Under the pieces are notes generated by a model. That model did no database searches. It had not been told where the DNA came from and was given only the letters and a program-made list of their open reading frames with translations. Positions 18,401 through 31,547 of a stretch of 64,000 bases of DNA are shown here, in pieces. Position 1 is the first letter of the stretch, and each line of letters opens with the position of its first letter. This DNA comes from Azolla caroliniana (Eukaryota > Plantae > Polypodiophyta): NCBI GenBank assembly GCA_043228905.1, contig JBHGNT010000003.1:6262001-6326000 (forward strand), read 5' to 3'. The position numbers were made by a program, and so were the translations under genes.

Positions 18401-21400
18401 ATGTGTCTAGTTCTTGATGCAGCAGTACAGTGTGAGAACTTGAGCATTGAGAGACAAACATCTAACAAACATAGTGTTCAGCAATTACCAAGTGATGTTA
18501 ATAGAGTTGATTTAACACTAGTTGAGACTGCTAAATCCCATGGGTTGAATTCTATTGAAAAATGTGTGGATCCTCAGGGAAATGTAGACTCTCCTTTTTT
18601 CTCAATGGAAGCCCTTCATCCACAGCCTTCTTCCCAATTGGATTCAGCACAGTTATCTGATTCAGGGAGAAGAATGCTAGAAAAGAAAAGAAAACGTAAA
18701 AAGTCAAAAAAAAGCTCCCAGAAAGATGGATTACGAGCAGAAAAACGGAAATATGTGGAAGAGTATACTGCAACAAATGATAGGGGGAAATTAATCGTAG
18801 ATAATATGGAAATGCCTTGCATTAAATCAGGAGATGATACGGTTAGGAATGATATTTATTTGCAACTTGAGGGTAACCAAAGCAAAGATGAGAGACGAGC
18901 ATTGTCTAGCGCAAAACCTGTTCATCTTAATGTAAGGGATGTTAATTGTGGACATGAACCAAAAGGGATGGGAGATTCCATAAATGCTAGCACAATAAGA
19001 GAGCTGAAAAATATTTCCAATACAGATCATGCAGACACAGATACAAAACACCAAATCGTGCATTCTAATACACATAATGCTCTGAAAGAGAATGAAAATC
19101 AAAGTGTATCTGATAATGATGAACAAGATGAAACATGCAAGACAGCAGAGGAGGTTGTTGATGCTAATAATAACGAGGATGAGTTTTTGAACATGCAGAG
19201 GAATATGACTGATAGAAACTCTGAAAATGGCACCAATAAAACGGGATTAGAGGTTGTACTTTGCCCAGAGGATTCAGATTTCGTGAGAGGCAATGAAGAA
19301 GGTATTGGAATCTGTTTTATAACAATTTATGTATCTTTCTATTAGAAATCCTTTCTAAGAAGCTGGCACTGGTTAAAAATATATTCTTTTAATTCAAAGA
19401 TATGTTTTTATCCAGTATCACTGTTTCCGATATAGAGGTTATAGGGTTTTGTTTTTTATCTTGTGCACTTTACCGATTCATCTCTGCTATATTAACTCTT
19501 ACTTTTGTGGATTATTCACAGAAAAACCATTTTAATTTGTTGTACTTATTTGATATTATTGATGTAATTATTGATTATATTTTTAAGTGAGAAGAACTTT
19601 ACAAGAGTCATGACAGATTTTCCTTTTGTACTATCTAAAATTGTGGTTTCTAAACAGAAGATATTAACAATTTTTTTGCAATAACAGGTACTAAAGAGGC
19701 CTCTGTTGAAAATATCATGAAGGGATGTGAATGGGATAAGACGAGAGAATATCCTATACGACTTAATGATCACAGTATTTTACTTGTAACCAGTCTTTCC
19801 GCTGATATTGTTCCTGAGACACAAGAAAGTGAAATGAACACCCTAAGCGCATTAAATGAAGAAAACCATGAAGATATGGATGACAATGAATCAATGAAGT
19901 GTCATGCAGATCTTCCACAAGTATGTATTGTGCCAGATGCTAAATCAGATGAAGCATCCGAAAATGATAAGAAACATTGCGAAAAGCAGAATGTGATTGA
20001 CACAAACATATATGCACAAGGTGAACATGCTGTTGATCTTCAACAAGAAGATAAACAAGTGGAAAATGCTAAAGGATTTCTGATGGATGCAAGTCAGGAT
20101 AGTGATTATGAAGAAAAGCAGGAACTTAGTGAAGACAAAAATATGGTTAATGTGGACCTGAAGAGTCATCATGATAATGATGATTTTGCAGAAGAAAGAA
20201 AGAAGATAGATGTGGACTTGAAGAGACAAGGTGAAGGTCATTGTCAAGAATTTATTCTGGTAAAGTCTGGAGGAAACACAGACTCTAAAAACTGCAACAA
20301 TCCCAACGAGTTATTAGCAAATGAAGAAGTAGAACCCCATGCCAAGATTTGCTTCACAACTTTTGAGCAATCAAATAATATTGAAAAAATAACAGAATTG
20401 GAATGTGGAGACAGGAACCAGACAATGATTGATGACAAAGTTTCTGCCAAGAAAAAGAAAGCGAAAAGGAGAAAAGTCTCGCAAATGCGTGATAGTTCTA
20501 AGTCCAGTAACCGTATGCTTGAACAGCAAGAACAACAAACAAAACCATCTCCGGACTCTAAAGAAATTCCTGCTGTGAGCACAGAAGCTAAAGCAGAATC
20601 ATCTTCACATAATGATGTGCAAGGAAATAATGGCAAGCAAGAAGAGAGCCCATTGAAGATGGATACCATAAGCCATGGTCATCCAGATGTCAGATCTGGA
20701 GATATTGGATACTCGAGAAGTAAAAGAAGGAAAATGAACTTGTTGAAACAACCAAAGGAATTTGATGCCGAAGTTGAGTGTAGGGTCGAAGATAACTTGC
20801 TTGGAAAACAAAGTAAATCTTCGAATCATGTTGCCAAGGAGAACTTGGAGAAAGAAAATTGTTCAAATGTGGAAGCGAATTGTGAAACTCCTACAGATAC
20901 AGCTCCTAAGAAGAAAAAGAAGAAAACAAAACACAAAAAGAAATCCTCATTGAATCAGGATATAGAGGAAGGGTTAGACGGACGTTCTATCCATGAAGGT
21001 ATACCAGAAAAGCATACGAATCAAAATGAAATAAAAGAATTGAAAGAAGGTTGGGGCAAAGAGATAGAGGGGGATACATATATGGATGCATCAAAGAGGA
21101 AAAATCAGGATAGTTCTGTGGAAGGTAAGCGTAAAAAAGGACTCAAAAGTAAGAAGAATCTCCTTGCAAATATGGATATTGATGTTTCTCTTAGCACAGA
21201 TCATGCAAACGTTAAAGATACTGGTTCTCCTCAACAAGAGGCCTTTGATGAGTTTGAGTTTCACAGTACTGAAACTGGAACTGAAGAAACTTCCTACATT
21301 GAGGGTGGCAATGATAAAGGGGGATTGGATCTGGATAGGCTTTGCTCAAATATCACAGATAGTGCAGAAAAAGAAAACTTGAACACAAGCTTTCGGAAGA

Positions 21401-23701
21401 CAGCAAGAAAATCTGTTCACCCAAAGAGATGGATAACCGTTCTTTCAGGGAGACTCGTGCCAAGCCCTAAATCAAAATCAAAGAAAGACACTCTGAGTAC
21501 TGCTAGTCTGACTCCAAACGCAGGTACTTTCTAGTTAGTGTTTTATAAAAGAAATAAGACCACATATATAAAATAATATGGAAAAAGTAAAATGTCACCT
21601 GCCTCAATGGACATCCATTCTTCTGCAGGTAGAAGTCCATGAGCTAAGAGTAAGAAGTCTCAAATGCTTCTTTTAAAAGCCTAGGAAAATAATCTATGTG
21701 CCAAATAGTTCGGCTAGAAAGTGTTGCACTTGGGTTGTGAAAATCAATCTCTCACAACTGTCTTTCATCTATTTAGACAATATCTCTCTCTCTAGTAGAA
21801 GTTTCAGTCTAAGTGCAGAATTCTAAGTACGTAGAAGTTCTCAAAGGCAAGACAACATTTTAAGATATAATCTTTTGTTCAATCTATCTCGTGGTCAGTG
21901 CAACAAGCTAATGGTTTCCTTTGCTTTATATGGCTGTCGAGAATAGGGTAGGTGCTATCCTTCTTCGGTCTACTAACAAGTTACGTAGTTTTCCCTTGGC
22001 TAACACTCTTAATAACTCTTAACCTCAACCTTAGACAAAGTCTTTTAATATAGAAATAGGCTTGTAAACTTAAAGTTGCTGCGGATGGTACAAACTTCGT
22101 ATCGCACAGCAACGGCATCTTTGTGAAAATACTGCTGGACCTGTGGCAAATTATCATATAGTGAAACTAATTCCGTGTATGTAGTAAAATTAATTGAATC
22201 CACCAGTTATAGCACTTCTACCATCCGAAACAATTAATCATTCATGAATCAAGCATACAAAAAAGAACATCAAAAAATCGCACAAGAATGTCACTAAATC
22301 TTGCATGTCTCAACTACTAACATACACGCATCTGCTTAAGATCAAGAAGATATTACAAGGATTAAATAGACTTGGAGAGATTAGAGTATGCTAAAGAGAG
22401 TAATTAAGAGGATAGGAGGTTTGGGAAGCCCTACATTAAGGATAGAGAGAGAGAGTCCCAAAATCAAGAAGTATAAATATTTATACTTTCATCTTCATAA
22501 TTCTTTTACGTTTTATATATCTACATATTTGGCCCGTTTTGGTGCCTCATTTCACATAAGCTTTGTTTCCAAAGGTTTTCTAGAGGGTTTCATTGCTGGG
22601 CAAGTTCTTTGTTGATTTTTGATGCTCGAACCTAGTCAAAGTGTAACATGGTCTTATAGACCAGTTTGGCCTTTTTTCTAGGACATGTTCATTGAAGAGG
22701 CATTAATTACTATATAATAAATAACAATTTGTCATGTGTGTGTCCAATAGATCTTTTATTTCCCATCTTTTAAACTATTTCATATCGTTAAGTGCCTAGC
22801 TAGATGAGAAGTGTTAGTTTTTGTACCCTGCTTCCTATGTTCCAAGCTTGTTTTGGCAATCTGTGATCAGACATACTCTTTTGCATGTCAAATAGTACCT
22901 TTGTGGACCGAGCACTTCTATTGAATAGCATGACAAGATAGGATGTTGAAGATTTTACCCTCAATTGTCTACATAAGAAGAGTTTTTGGAATTTGTCTAT
23001 TTCATTCTATGTGCGAAGTGAGATAATGCTTTGAAGCAACACTTACATAGCATTGAATAGCATCAATCTCACTTCCCATCCTATAACCTATATTCCACCT
23101 ATTTGTCAATTTATCATCCACAAATAGTAATCATTTCTTTGTTACATCTTTGGAGGTCATCTCAATGAACTCACTCCAATTAAGTATGCATTCAGACAGT
23201 CAAGGTGCAATCGCTTATATGGGCCTTATCAGATATGTAGGGGCATTATCTACCTGGAACATGTCACTGTTTATAATTGCTAACATTCAGTATTTGATCA
23301 AAGATCACAAACTTAACTTAGATCTCCCATTGATGTTCGTTAGAACCTCATTCGCTGAACAACAATCAAAATTTAAGGCATTTTGGTTGAATGCTAATAA
23401 TGCAATGCATTATTGTCTTGGCTAATGTCTCACTTACTTTTATTGTTCCTTTGATTGGATTGATTGTTTTGAGGTATAACCAAATCTGCCATGGTGTAAA
23501 CACTTTATCGTGTTCCTTTTTTGTTCTTTTCTAGGAACTGGCATGGATGAAATGGGTAGTGATGATGATAATACCGAAGAGAAGAAAAATAGTCATGTTA
23601 TGTCTGAAGATGGGCAACTCCTCTGTCCATATGGATGTGGTAAAACTTATTCCAAGAGGACCTCGGCTTATTACCGACACAGGCGGCGATGCAAAGGTTA
23701 A
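15488..23701 (+). CDS. Uncharacterised ~1094-aa protein: folded N-terminal (ubiquitin-like?) domain, long acidic/Lys-rich disordered region, C-terminal C2HC zinc finger
   Basis: Exons 15488-15635, 18066-18133, 18236-19301, 19688-21523, 23535-23701 join in phase (3285 nt) via GT-AG introns. N-term RIIAVDTSLGTRFILPASLDSTVSDLRGLIQKEHIACFPDLGLVNVGSLIVEYNHKEYHVTNSLLVGQLF; basic clusters KKRKRKKSKK, KKKKAKRRK, KKKKKKTKHKKK; end CPYGCGKTYSKRTSAYYRHRRRC. Last exon assignment is the least certain part. Confidence 0.8.
17345..17815 (-). mobile_element. Possible 5'-truncated LINE-like 3' fragment in intron 1 of the uncharacterised gene
   Basis: 17355-17450 is shared with two other intronic sites (about 48075-48125 and 50735-50830); adjacent minus-strand ORF has FVYNKLRNRHF, loosely like the W..RN...F motif near LINE ORF2 C-termini. 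Classification is inference. Confidence 0.35.
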
Positions 23702-24990
23702 CTTTTATACCTCCCAGGAGGAAAAACATAATACGGAAAACGAAAGAGAGAACTTAAAAGTCGAATATTAATCTTATTTATAGCTGTTTTGATCCCTGGA
23801 TCTATTTGTACCTCTTTTTATCTCGACATGTTTATAGCCATTTTGTTCCCAGTGATTTGTAGCTCAAAAATGTAGATATTTAGACATGATGACTTCAAAT
23901 CCATGATGCTCTTCACCGTTGTATCTTGTCTTTTTGTTTAATTCTCCTATCTTATGGAGTATTTAATTATAATTCTGCGCTTATTTCAACACTTCAGTAT
24001 GTGTGTAGTTATTCCTGAAGTCATCTTGGATTTATTGTCGTGGAATAAATTGATTGGATGAAAGTTTTAGATATAGTATACTTCTTCCATGTTCTACTAA
24101 ACTCTTGTTTGTGTACGACCACTTGAGGATTTACTCTCCAAAGGTAAAACACTAGTCCTACTTACAATTTACAACTTATTGCTTTTTTCAGAAATGCTCA
24201 GAGCATCTATTGCAACAATGGTCTATTTTATTTACAAGTTCCAATCCACTAATTTGTTCTATGAGAACAAATACAACAACTAATTTGGTCCTTTTCCTAC
24301 AAAACAAATACGACAAGCCGATATTCTGTTTTAGGTTCTTTGACAATCGTGAAGGTCCTTATTGCAGTTTGTAGATGGTGTAAGACACTAAATGCAAGTA
24401 AGTTAGTTACTTCATTACCAGAAATCTGTAGGTTAATTGTCACAAAGTTACAAGTGTTTTAGCCGTATTAAAACATTAACTCGGATAGTGTTTGAATGTT
24501 AATTAGCTCCACGGAATAAATAATGTCAACAAAGTTGATCAATTTCGAGCATTGCTCAGAGAAGGAAATTTCACAAGCAACCTCTCATATGACGGTAACA
24601 AACGTGCAACTATGATGTGGGGACCTAAAGATTAAGAATACATTGTCCATGCAAAGATACCCTAGAATCAACAAAACAGAGAATCGGAAGTATCGACACG
24701 GTTGTTTTGTTGTATAGTATCACCTTGTGTTCAAGCAATGAGTAATGATGCAAGAGACAACCCTCCAAAGACATGCGATCCAAACTCCTTGTGTCCAAAG
24801 GTGTGTAACGAGATCTCTCTATGTCAGATCCTCGAGTATTACATTGTTTAAAAGTTTTTGGGCGAAAAGTTTGTCACTTATACCAGACACCACCACACCT
24901 TTGTTATGTTTACACCAACCCACAAACACACACATCATTTGGTTTTGTTTGAACTTTGAAGTGGAGGTAAAGTTTTCTCAATGTACTATA

Positions 24991-27366
24991 CTAGGATTTA
25001 GGTTGTGTGTCTTTGGTCTTAGATTTATGCTTAAAGTAGCTACCAAATGGGAAGAGATGCTTGTGCTTAGACTTGTGTGGCTCTTGCTCTTCTTCACGGT
25101 GGTGGGCAGACGAGGTTGGCGGACCCGAGGTCTCGGACACGGCTGAAAATGGCGGAGATGCTGTCCTTGCCGCCATTGTCATTCCCGAAGAAGCATTGAT
25201 CGATGACCTTCTCGGGGCACGGGTCGGATAATTGACTACCACGGGAGGCGATGGCGGCATGCTAGAGGTGCTCGGCCGCCTGGCATATGTGGTGGTCGAA
25301 GCCCGCCGGGCAGTGCCATAGGGGCTATTCGCACCTGTACTCGAGGTATAGCCGCCCGTGCCCCCGCCCACCCCCATGGGCAATGTGTTCGTCCGGAGTG
25401 TCGATCGCCTTCTCTTCATGTTCGCGGCCGCGGCCGCGGCTGCCCTCGCCTCAAGGCCCGTACTCGTGATTGACCTTCGAGGAATCGGCCCCGGAGAAGA
25501 CCCCGATCGGCCTTGATCATGGCTAGGGTTAGGGTTAGTGTTAGTATGGCTTAGCATGTCTTGGAGCTGCTTCACTAGATCTTGGTCATTCGGGTTACTC
25601 GGATTCGCGCCCGTCTTGCTTATCATTTCTTGCAATTTCTGGAGTAAGGCTTGATCATTGGGGTGAGGATTTAGGTTTGGTTTATTCACACAAGCAGCCC
25701 CCACCACAGTCACGGCTACGAAAAGCTCGCCGTGATCCGCTTCACGCAGCTTGAATGCGATCTCATGCCGCTTCCCATCTCGATATAAGCTCAGATCGAG
25801 CTCTGCATAGCCCTAAAAAAGAAAACAAAAAATGGAAAACATTAGCTCCAATAATAGTAAAGCCAATGAGAAGCTTGGACATGAAGCCCTAATTCTAAGA
25901 ATTAGAAGAGAAAAGCCCTAAGCCCTCATTATTGGAATCAAAAGCCCTAAATTAGATATAAATACCCATGTTTTACAAAGAGCAAAAGACATGGGAGTAA
26001 TTTCCAGGTAATTGCCATAAAACTTAGGGTTATCTTAGGGTAATGGCTTTGGAAAACTAAGAATTAGAAGAGAAAAGCAAAAACCCTCATTATTGGAATA
26101 AAAAACCCTAAATTTGATATAAATAATTCCATTAAAATTAGGGCTATCTTAGGGTAATGAGATTTGAAAACTAAGAATTAGAAGAGAAAAGCAAAAGCCC
26201 TCATTATTGGAATCAAAAACCCTAAATTAGATATAAAATACCCATGTTTTCCTGGCAAGAGCAAAAGACATGGGAGCATTAAAATTAGGGTTATCTTAAG
26301 GTGATGACATTCGAAAAATCTATCTATGATCAATAATTCAACCATTTTTCTTCGATTCAATACTCAGATTAGCCACCGTGGAAGGAAATCGGAGCCATGA
26401 CTCACCAGCTCATCATCGACAAAGACATCGCGGTCTCGACAACGCAAGAGGAGCTTGTGGGCGGAGCTCAAAGATGCCGTGATGGGGATCGTGAAGCTCT
26501 CTCGCCACGACGGATTGAGTGTTTGCTTCTTTACCTTCGTCTTCAGCTTAAGGTAGCTGGGCTGCTTCTCGGTCTCTCCGATGCGTGTTATCGTCACATA
26601 AGGATCGGATAAGCCTGCGCGAGGGAGGGAAGAGATTAAATTATTGCCAATTTGAATGTAATGAGAGAGATAGGTAGATTATAGACTTGTGTTTATATAT
26701 GTAATCATATCTATGGAATGATGGAACCCAAAACTAGTGCATACAAATGTGGCTTCAATGGCCTTAAAAGAGGATGGAGTGAGTGAGTTAGTGAGAGTGT
26801 GTTGTGAGTGAGTGTGTGTGTGTGTTGGGGGGTGTAAAGGTTAGTTGTTCAAGGCCAAAAATGTTTTGACTACATACTTTTAGTGTCCTCTAGAAAAATA
26901 GATGTGGATTTTGAACCCAATATGAGTGGGCCAAACAAAAGAATGCCTATATATAAGCCATGGCTAACACTAGAATAGACATGTCTACAAGAAGAAGGAG
27001 GAGACATGTCTACTTGAAAAGAAACACGAGTACACATAATGCATTGCCTCGTTGAAAGGAGCCTCATTATAATCTTAGTTTTTCACCAATTTTCTCTAGT
27101 TTTCTAGTAAAAATGATAGCATTGCCCTTTTTATTGTAGGATAGGATAGATATTTTATCATCCATGAGGAAACCAATTTTGATAAAATAAACATAATATC
27201 TTGTATGTGACTCCTTCTCGCTAGGAAGGGGGAGCTACTAGTCAATCGTAAAAACTTTCAACGTCAAATTAGTGCAAGCCTTGGAGGTAGAGATCTGAGT
27301 ATCACACTTAGATTATCATGCGCGTCTTACTAGTCATCATATTTCTCAAAAATTACCTTTATAGGT

Positions 27367-27412
<46 letters not shown>

Positions 27413-30400
27413 TATGTGTGTGTGTACATGATTGATGACAAGAAAGAAAATGTGAATGGGCATGGGGATAAACGTCGAGATTATAGTGATCCGAGTCTTG
27501 ATAAACACGTGTGATATGCCTATCTTTTGTCAAACCAATGCACCAACACACTTGGATATGTACAAATGCATAATATTCTGGAAGGATACCCGACATATCT
27601 TTCCCCATCAAATGTCTTCCTTCGATAATCTCCAAGATTGCATAGCATCCTAAACAAAAGTATAATTGTCATGTCAAGTTTGACATCAATAAATACAATG
27701 ATTGGGAGTTATGTTGTGCAAACTTATACCTTTCGAGTCTTCTTTAATTGGATCCAAGTTCAAACCATAATCGGTACCCCATAGTTGAATGAAATCAATG
27801 TCCATCTTCTCCGGATAAATAAGACCACAATGTTGGATTGCCAAATGGATAGAGTTGGACTACAAAAGCCAAGAATATACGAGTAAAATCTCTCAATTAT
27901 GTGTATGCTTGCAACCAAAAACTTATTGCTACCTCTGTTTGACTTTAAATCTCTTAAAAATCACATTATTATAAACAAGTGCCCTTATGTGCAATGAGCT
28001 GGGTGGAATACTTACCACCCAATTTGCAATGATCGGTAGATCCGTAAGGGCTAGGCCACTTGACGACATTGGTCGTATACTTAGGTTGAGGTTAGGCATG
28101 GAAAGAAAGCAAACCGATAGAGCTGAAACATAGGGTGAGTAAGCCACGAACTTGAGACCAAGGCGTAATTTGCATTTGATTGTGAGGTGGTCACAAAAGA
28201 GCTTGGTTGCAAAATAACCCATGGGCACCGTGAAAACCACACCCATATTGTCACCTGAAATGTGGACACATCGAATCATTGGAACCTATCTTTATAATAT
28301 TAAAGTTATTATGTGTGAAAATGTGTCTCCCCACTAACTAAATGATGAAATTATGTATGTAAGCCTCTTCTTTGATTGAATTTAGAAACCAAAACAATGC
28401 TTTGGAGCACTGAGGACAATGATGGGATTACGACAAGCGACCAAGCAGAAGAGAGCCGAAATTGAACGTATTTACCTAATGAGGGAGGGGATGATGATTA
28501 AATTCAAATGAATTGAATAGTGACCTTGGAGAGGATCATTTTCTCCATTAAACAAAAAACAAGAATACCTAAGAACCCTCTTCTATATTGCCATAACCTA
28601 TTAACTTATGTCTAGTTGTTTGTTTAGTTTATTCAATAATTATAATTCAATCTATGTCAAGCCATGAATAGATAGAATCAAGTATTTGGATAAAAAGTAT
28701 ATAAGCATGTTGAATCAAAGTTTGCCAAACTTTGATGATGCTTATAGTATGAACAAAAATGTCAATAGATTACATGCAAGGTACTTCGAGTGTGTTGTAT
28801 GTTTGGAATATGATCGATTATCCAAATCCATGAGATTAAAAGGGAATTGACTCCATATCCTATCCACTACTTGAAAAGAGTGTACGAAATACCCCACCAT
28901 ATGGTAGTGGACTAAAGATTGGGGTCTATGGTGTTGGGAACAATTGTTACACAATCGCTCATGCCCCCATCTATCTAGTCCACATTGTTTGTGCTAAAGG
29001 AATTTGCGCAATCTCCATTTGTGGTTTCGGGTGTAGGGTTTATATACTACTTGGGCATGTAAACTACCTCATAAATGTGTAACCTTAAACACAATAACGA
29101 CAAACATAGAAGGCATTTTTAAAACCCAATTCTTTAACACACTTCATTTAGCAGAAAGGCCAAGCATGAAATGTGTAACATATCCATGGAATCTCCATAC
29201 AAAATGGAGGAGAAGCCTGATAATATTTCTTACCCTCCTCCAAGGTGGTAGTAGTACACTATGCATCTCTTCTAACTACTTAACATTTGGTGGTGGATCA
29301 TGAGTTACTTGGCTACATGTGGGTTTCCAAGTTCAAAAGTAGAGTCTCACAATGTGTGGTACAAACCAAGTAAAACACACACATTGAAGAAGCAACTCCA
29401 TGACATTGTTGTGAAGAATGGACATTGAAATATATATATATATAAGTTTATATATATGTATATGTATATATGCTAAACCCTAGACCCTGATTATATCCAT
29501 GACATTATTGTGCAGATTAGAAATTGAAATATATATATATATAGATTTATATATGCATATGTATGTATGCTAAATCCTAAACCCTAAACCCTAAATATAT
29601 CCATTACATTGTTGTGCAGATTGGATATGGAAATATACATATACAATATATGTATGTATGCCAAACCCTATAACCCTAAATATATCCATGACATTGTTGT
29701 TCAGATTGGACATTGAAATATATATATATTTGTACATGTATGTATGTTAAACCCTAACCCCTAAACCCTAAATATAGATAGATAGATAGATATACCTGCA
29801 ACAAAGGAGAGGTCCATGTCGAGCTGCACGGCATCGCGATCGTCGGTGCTCCTCGGCCCCGAAGACGAAGAACAAGAAGAAGAAGAAAGCGGAGGCGAGG
29901 AGAGCATGGAGGGGTACCGGAGCTTGCAAGAATGCATGAGGGGCGGCGAGGCCCCGAGGCGGACGCGCTCGAGCGAGATCTTGTTCCCGCAGATCGGGTC
30001 GAGGAGCTCCCGGATCTTGGTTTCAAGAATGGGCGAGACTAGGCCCGTCTCCCACGTGGGCCAGCATGCGCTCATGAGCCCATTGATCCAATCCTCCACT
30101 GAGGAGCCGGGACCCGAACCCGAACCCGAACCTGAATTGGAACCGGAACCAAACCCAGGACCAGAATTGGAACCGGAACCGAATCCGGGAACCGGACCGG
30201 ACCCTCCTCCGGTCTGGCGGATCTGTTGGAGGCGGTGACGGTGCTCGAGCCACGAGCGCTCGAGGCGGGCCTCCTGGTACTTGCGCTGCTGGCCATCCAC
30301 CAGGTAGAGGTAGCAGACTGTGCAGAGCACTACTAATGGGGTGCTCATGATCTGTAGAGTGCCTGGCATGTGGCATGTCCCCCAGATCGCCGCCATCGCC

Positions 30401-30480
30401 ACCACCACGTGTGGGAACAGTGGCCAATGCTCCACCACTTCCTTTGCTAGCCTCCTTGCTGCGTGTACCATGCTGCTCAT
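24991..30480 (-). CDS. N-terminal TM + SMP + C2 domain protein (synaptotagmin-like / NTMC2-type), ~714 aa, 6 exons
   Basis: Exons 30480-29796, 28254-28016, 27859-27730, 27649-27590, 26614-26406, 25812-24991 (2145 nt). Hydrophobic N-terminus; SMP-type motifs SVEDWINGLMSACWP, KISLERVRLGASPP, LRLGLKF...PYVS.L.VCFLSMP.LNLSIRP, LTDLPIIANWV; C2 motifs ILEIIEGRHLMGKDMSGLSDPYV, KTKVKKQTLNPSWRESFTIPI, RDRDVFVDDELG; Ser/Pro/Arg-rich tail. Confidence 0.9.
25880..26305. repeat. Intronic degenerate tandem repeat (3 copies) containing AAACCCTA-like motifs
   Basis: ctaagaattagaagagaaaagc...ccctcattattggaat.aaaa.ccctaaatt.gatataaa recurs near 25895, 26058 and 26171. Confidence 0.85.
29398..29790. repeat. 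Intronic ~90-100 bp tandem repeat (4 copies) built from (TA)n and CCCTAAA motifs
   Basis: ccatgacattgttgt.cagattgga.attgaaatatatata...atgctaaaccctaaaccct recurs four times. Confidence 0.85.
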
Positions 30481-30489
30481 ATCTTGAGT

Positions 30490-30742
30490 GATCGATCCAA
30501 TCGATCGATCTTCCTAGCTCCAATGGTGGGATCGATCAAATCGATCTGCCTAGCTCCAATTGTGGGGGATCCGTCGAATCGATCTGCCGAACTCCAATTG
30601 CGGGGGATCGATCTATCTGTCTAGCTCCAATGCTCCAATGATGGGATCGATCGATCTGCCTATCTGCAATGGCGGGATCGATCTGCCTAGCTCTAATGGC
30701 GGAATTGATCTATCTGCCTAGCTCCAATGGCGGGATCGATCT
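30490..30742. repeat. ~27-30 bp minisatellite immediately 5' of the SMP-C2 start codon
   Basis: gatcgatctgcctagctccaatggcgg-like unit repeated about eight times. Confidence 0.9.
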
Positions 30743-31547
30743 TTTTTTGCTTCGATATCTCTTCTTAGTCTGTTTCTGTCTTGAACTTCTTCTTCCTCCT
30801 CTTCTTCTTCTTCTTCATGACTCTGCCTCTGCTCCCTGTTCTGCGCCACTCCTCATACCATGGGGGTTGTTACGAATTTCCGAGATTTGGGTTCCTTCCA
30901 ATGGGCGTTTTTCTGTAATGGGTTCTGATCGTTCCGTCGACAGAGCTTTGGAATTTACTTTCTGCGATAGAAAAGCCAGATTAGGGTTACGTCAATTGGG
31001 CGATTCTTGTCTTTTTCCTGTAATGTGGCCTGGTCGATTCCTCTTGTGATAGGAATTCAGTTCTGAAAGCGATTAGGGTTTCGTTTAATCGGGTTCCTGG
31101 CTGGAATTCTTTACGCTATATACAATTTCCCTGCGTTAGGGCTTAAAACATTCTGACAAAGACAGAGATTTTTAGGGTTTTGTTTCGACGGGCTTGGAAT
31201 TGAAGCTCTGATCGATTTTCCTGCAGATATAGGGTTTCAGGCCTGAGAGAGAGAGAGAGAGAAATAGGGTTGCTGTCAGTGTCCTCCACGGATAAGGTCT
31301 TTTAGGGTTTTTAGACCATGGACGAATTTTAGGGTTTGTGTTTTCTTTGGGCTTCTCTTTTCTGCATGCAGACATGAATGGAATGGAGGGAATAAATCAA
31401 AATGAGGCAACGTTTCAAAATTGATGAAGTCAAAAGGCGCGACTACATCAGAATTCAATTCCTACTTCTGCTACGGTTTCCCAAGAAAAACAAAACCTTC
31501 AAAAACAAAAGAGCAGATCTCAATTTCTACTGTGTGTGTGTGTAACA

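Noticed and set aside
24180-24285. Possible extra exon of the uncharacterised gene (ttttttcag acceptor, donor-like AAAG|gttaac at 23697)
   Set aside because: Resulting peptide looks non-conserved and the finger exon already ends in an in-frame TAA; needs transcript data.
29754-30523. Overlapping antisense/alternate-frame ORFs (also 58124-58743, 59251-60027, 20244-20669)
   Set aside because: Shadows of GC-rich or low-complexity real coding sequence.
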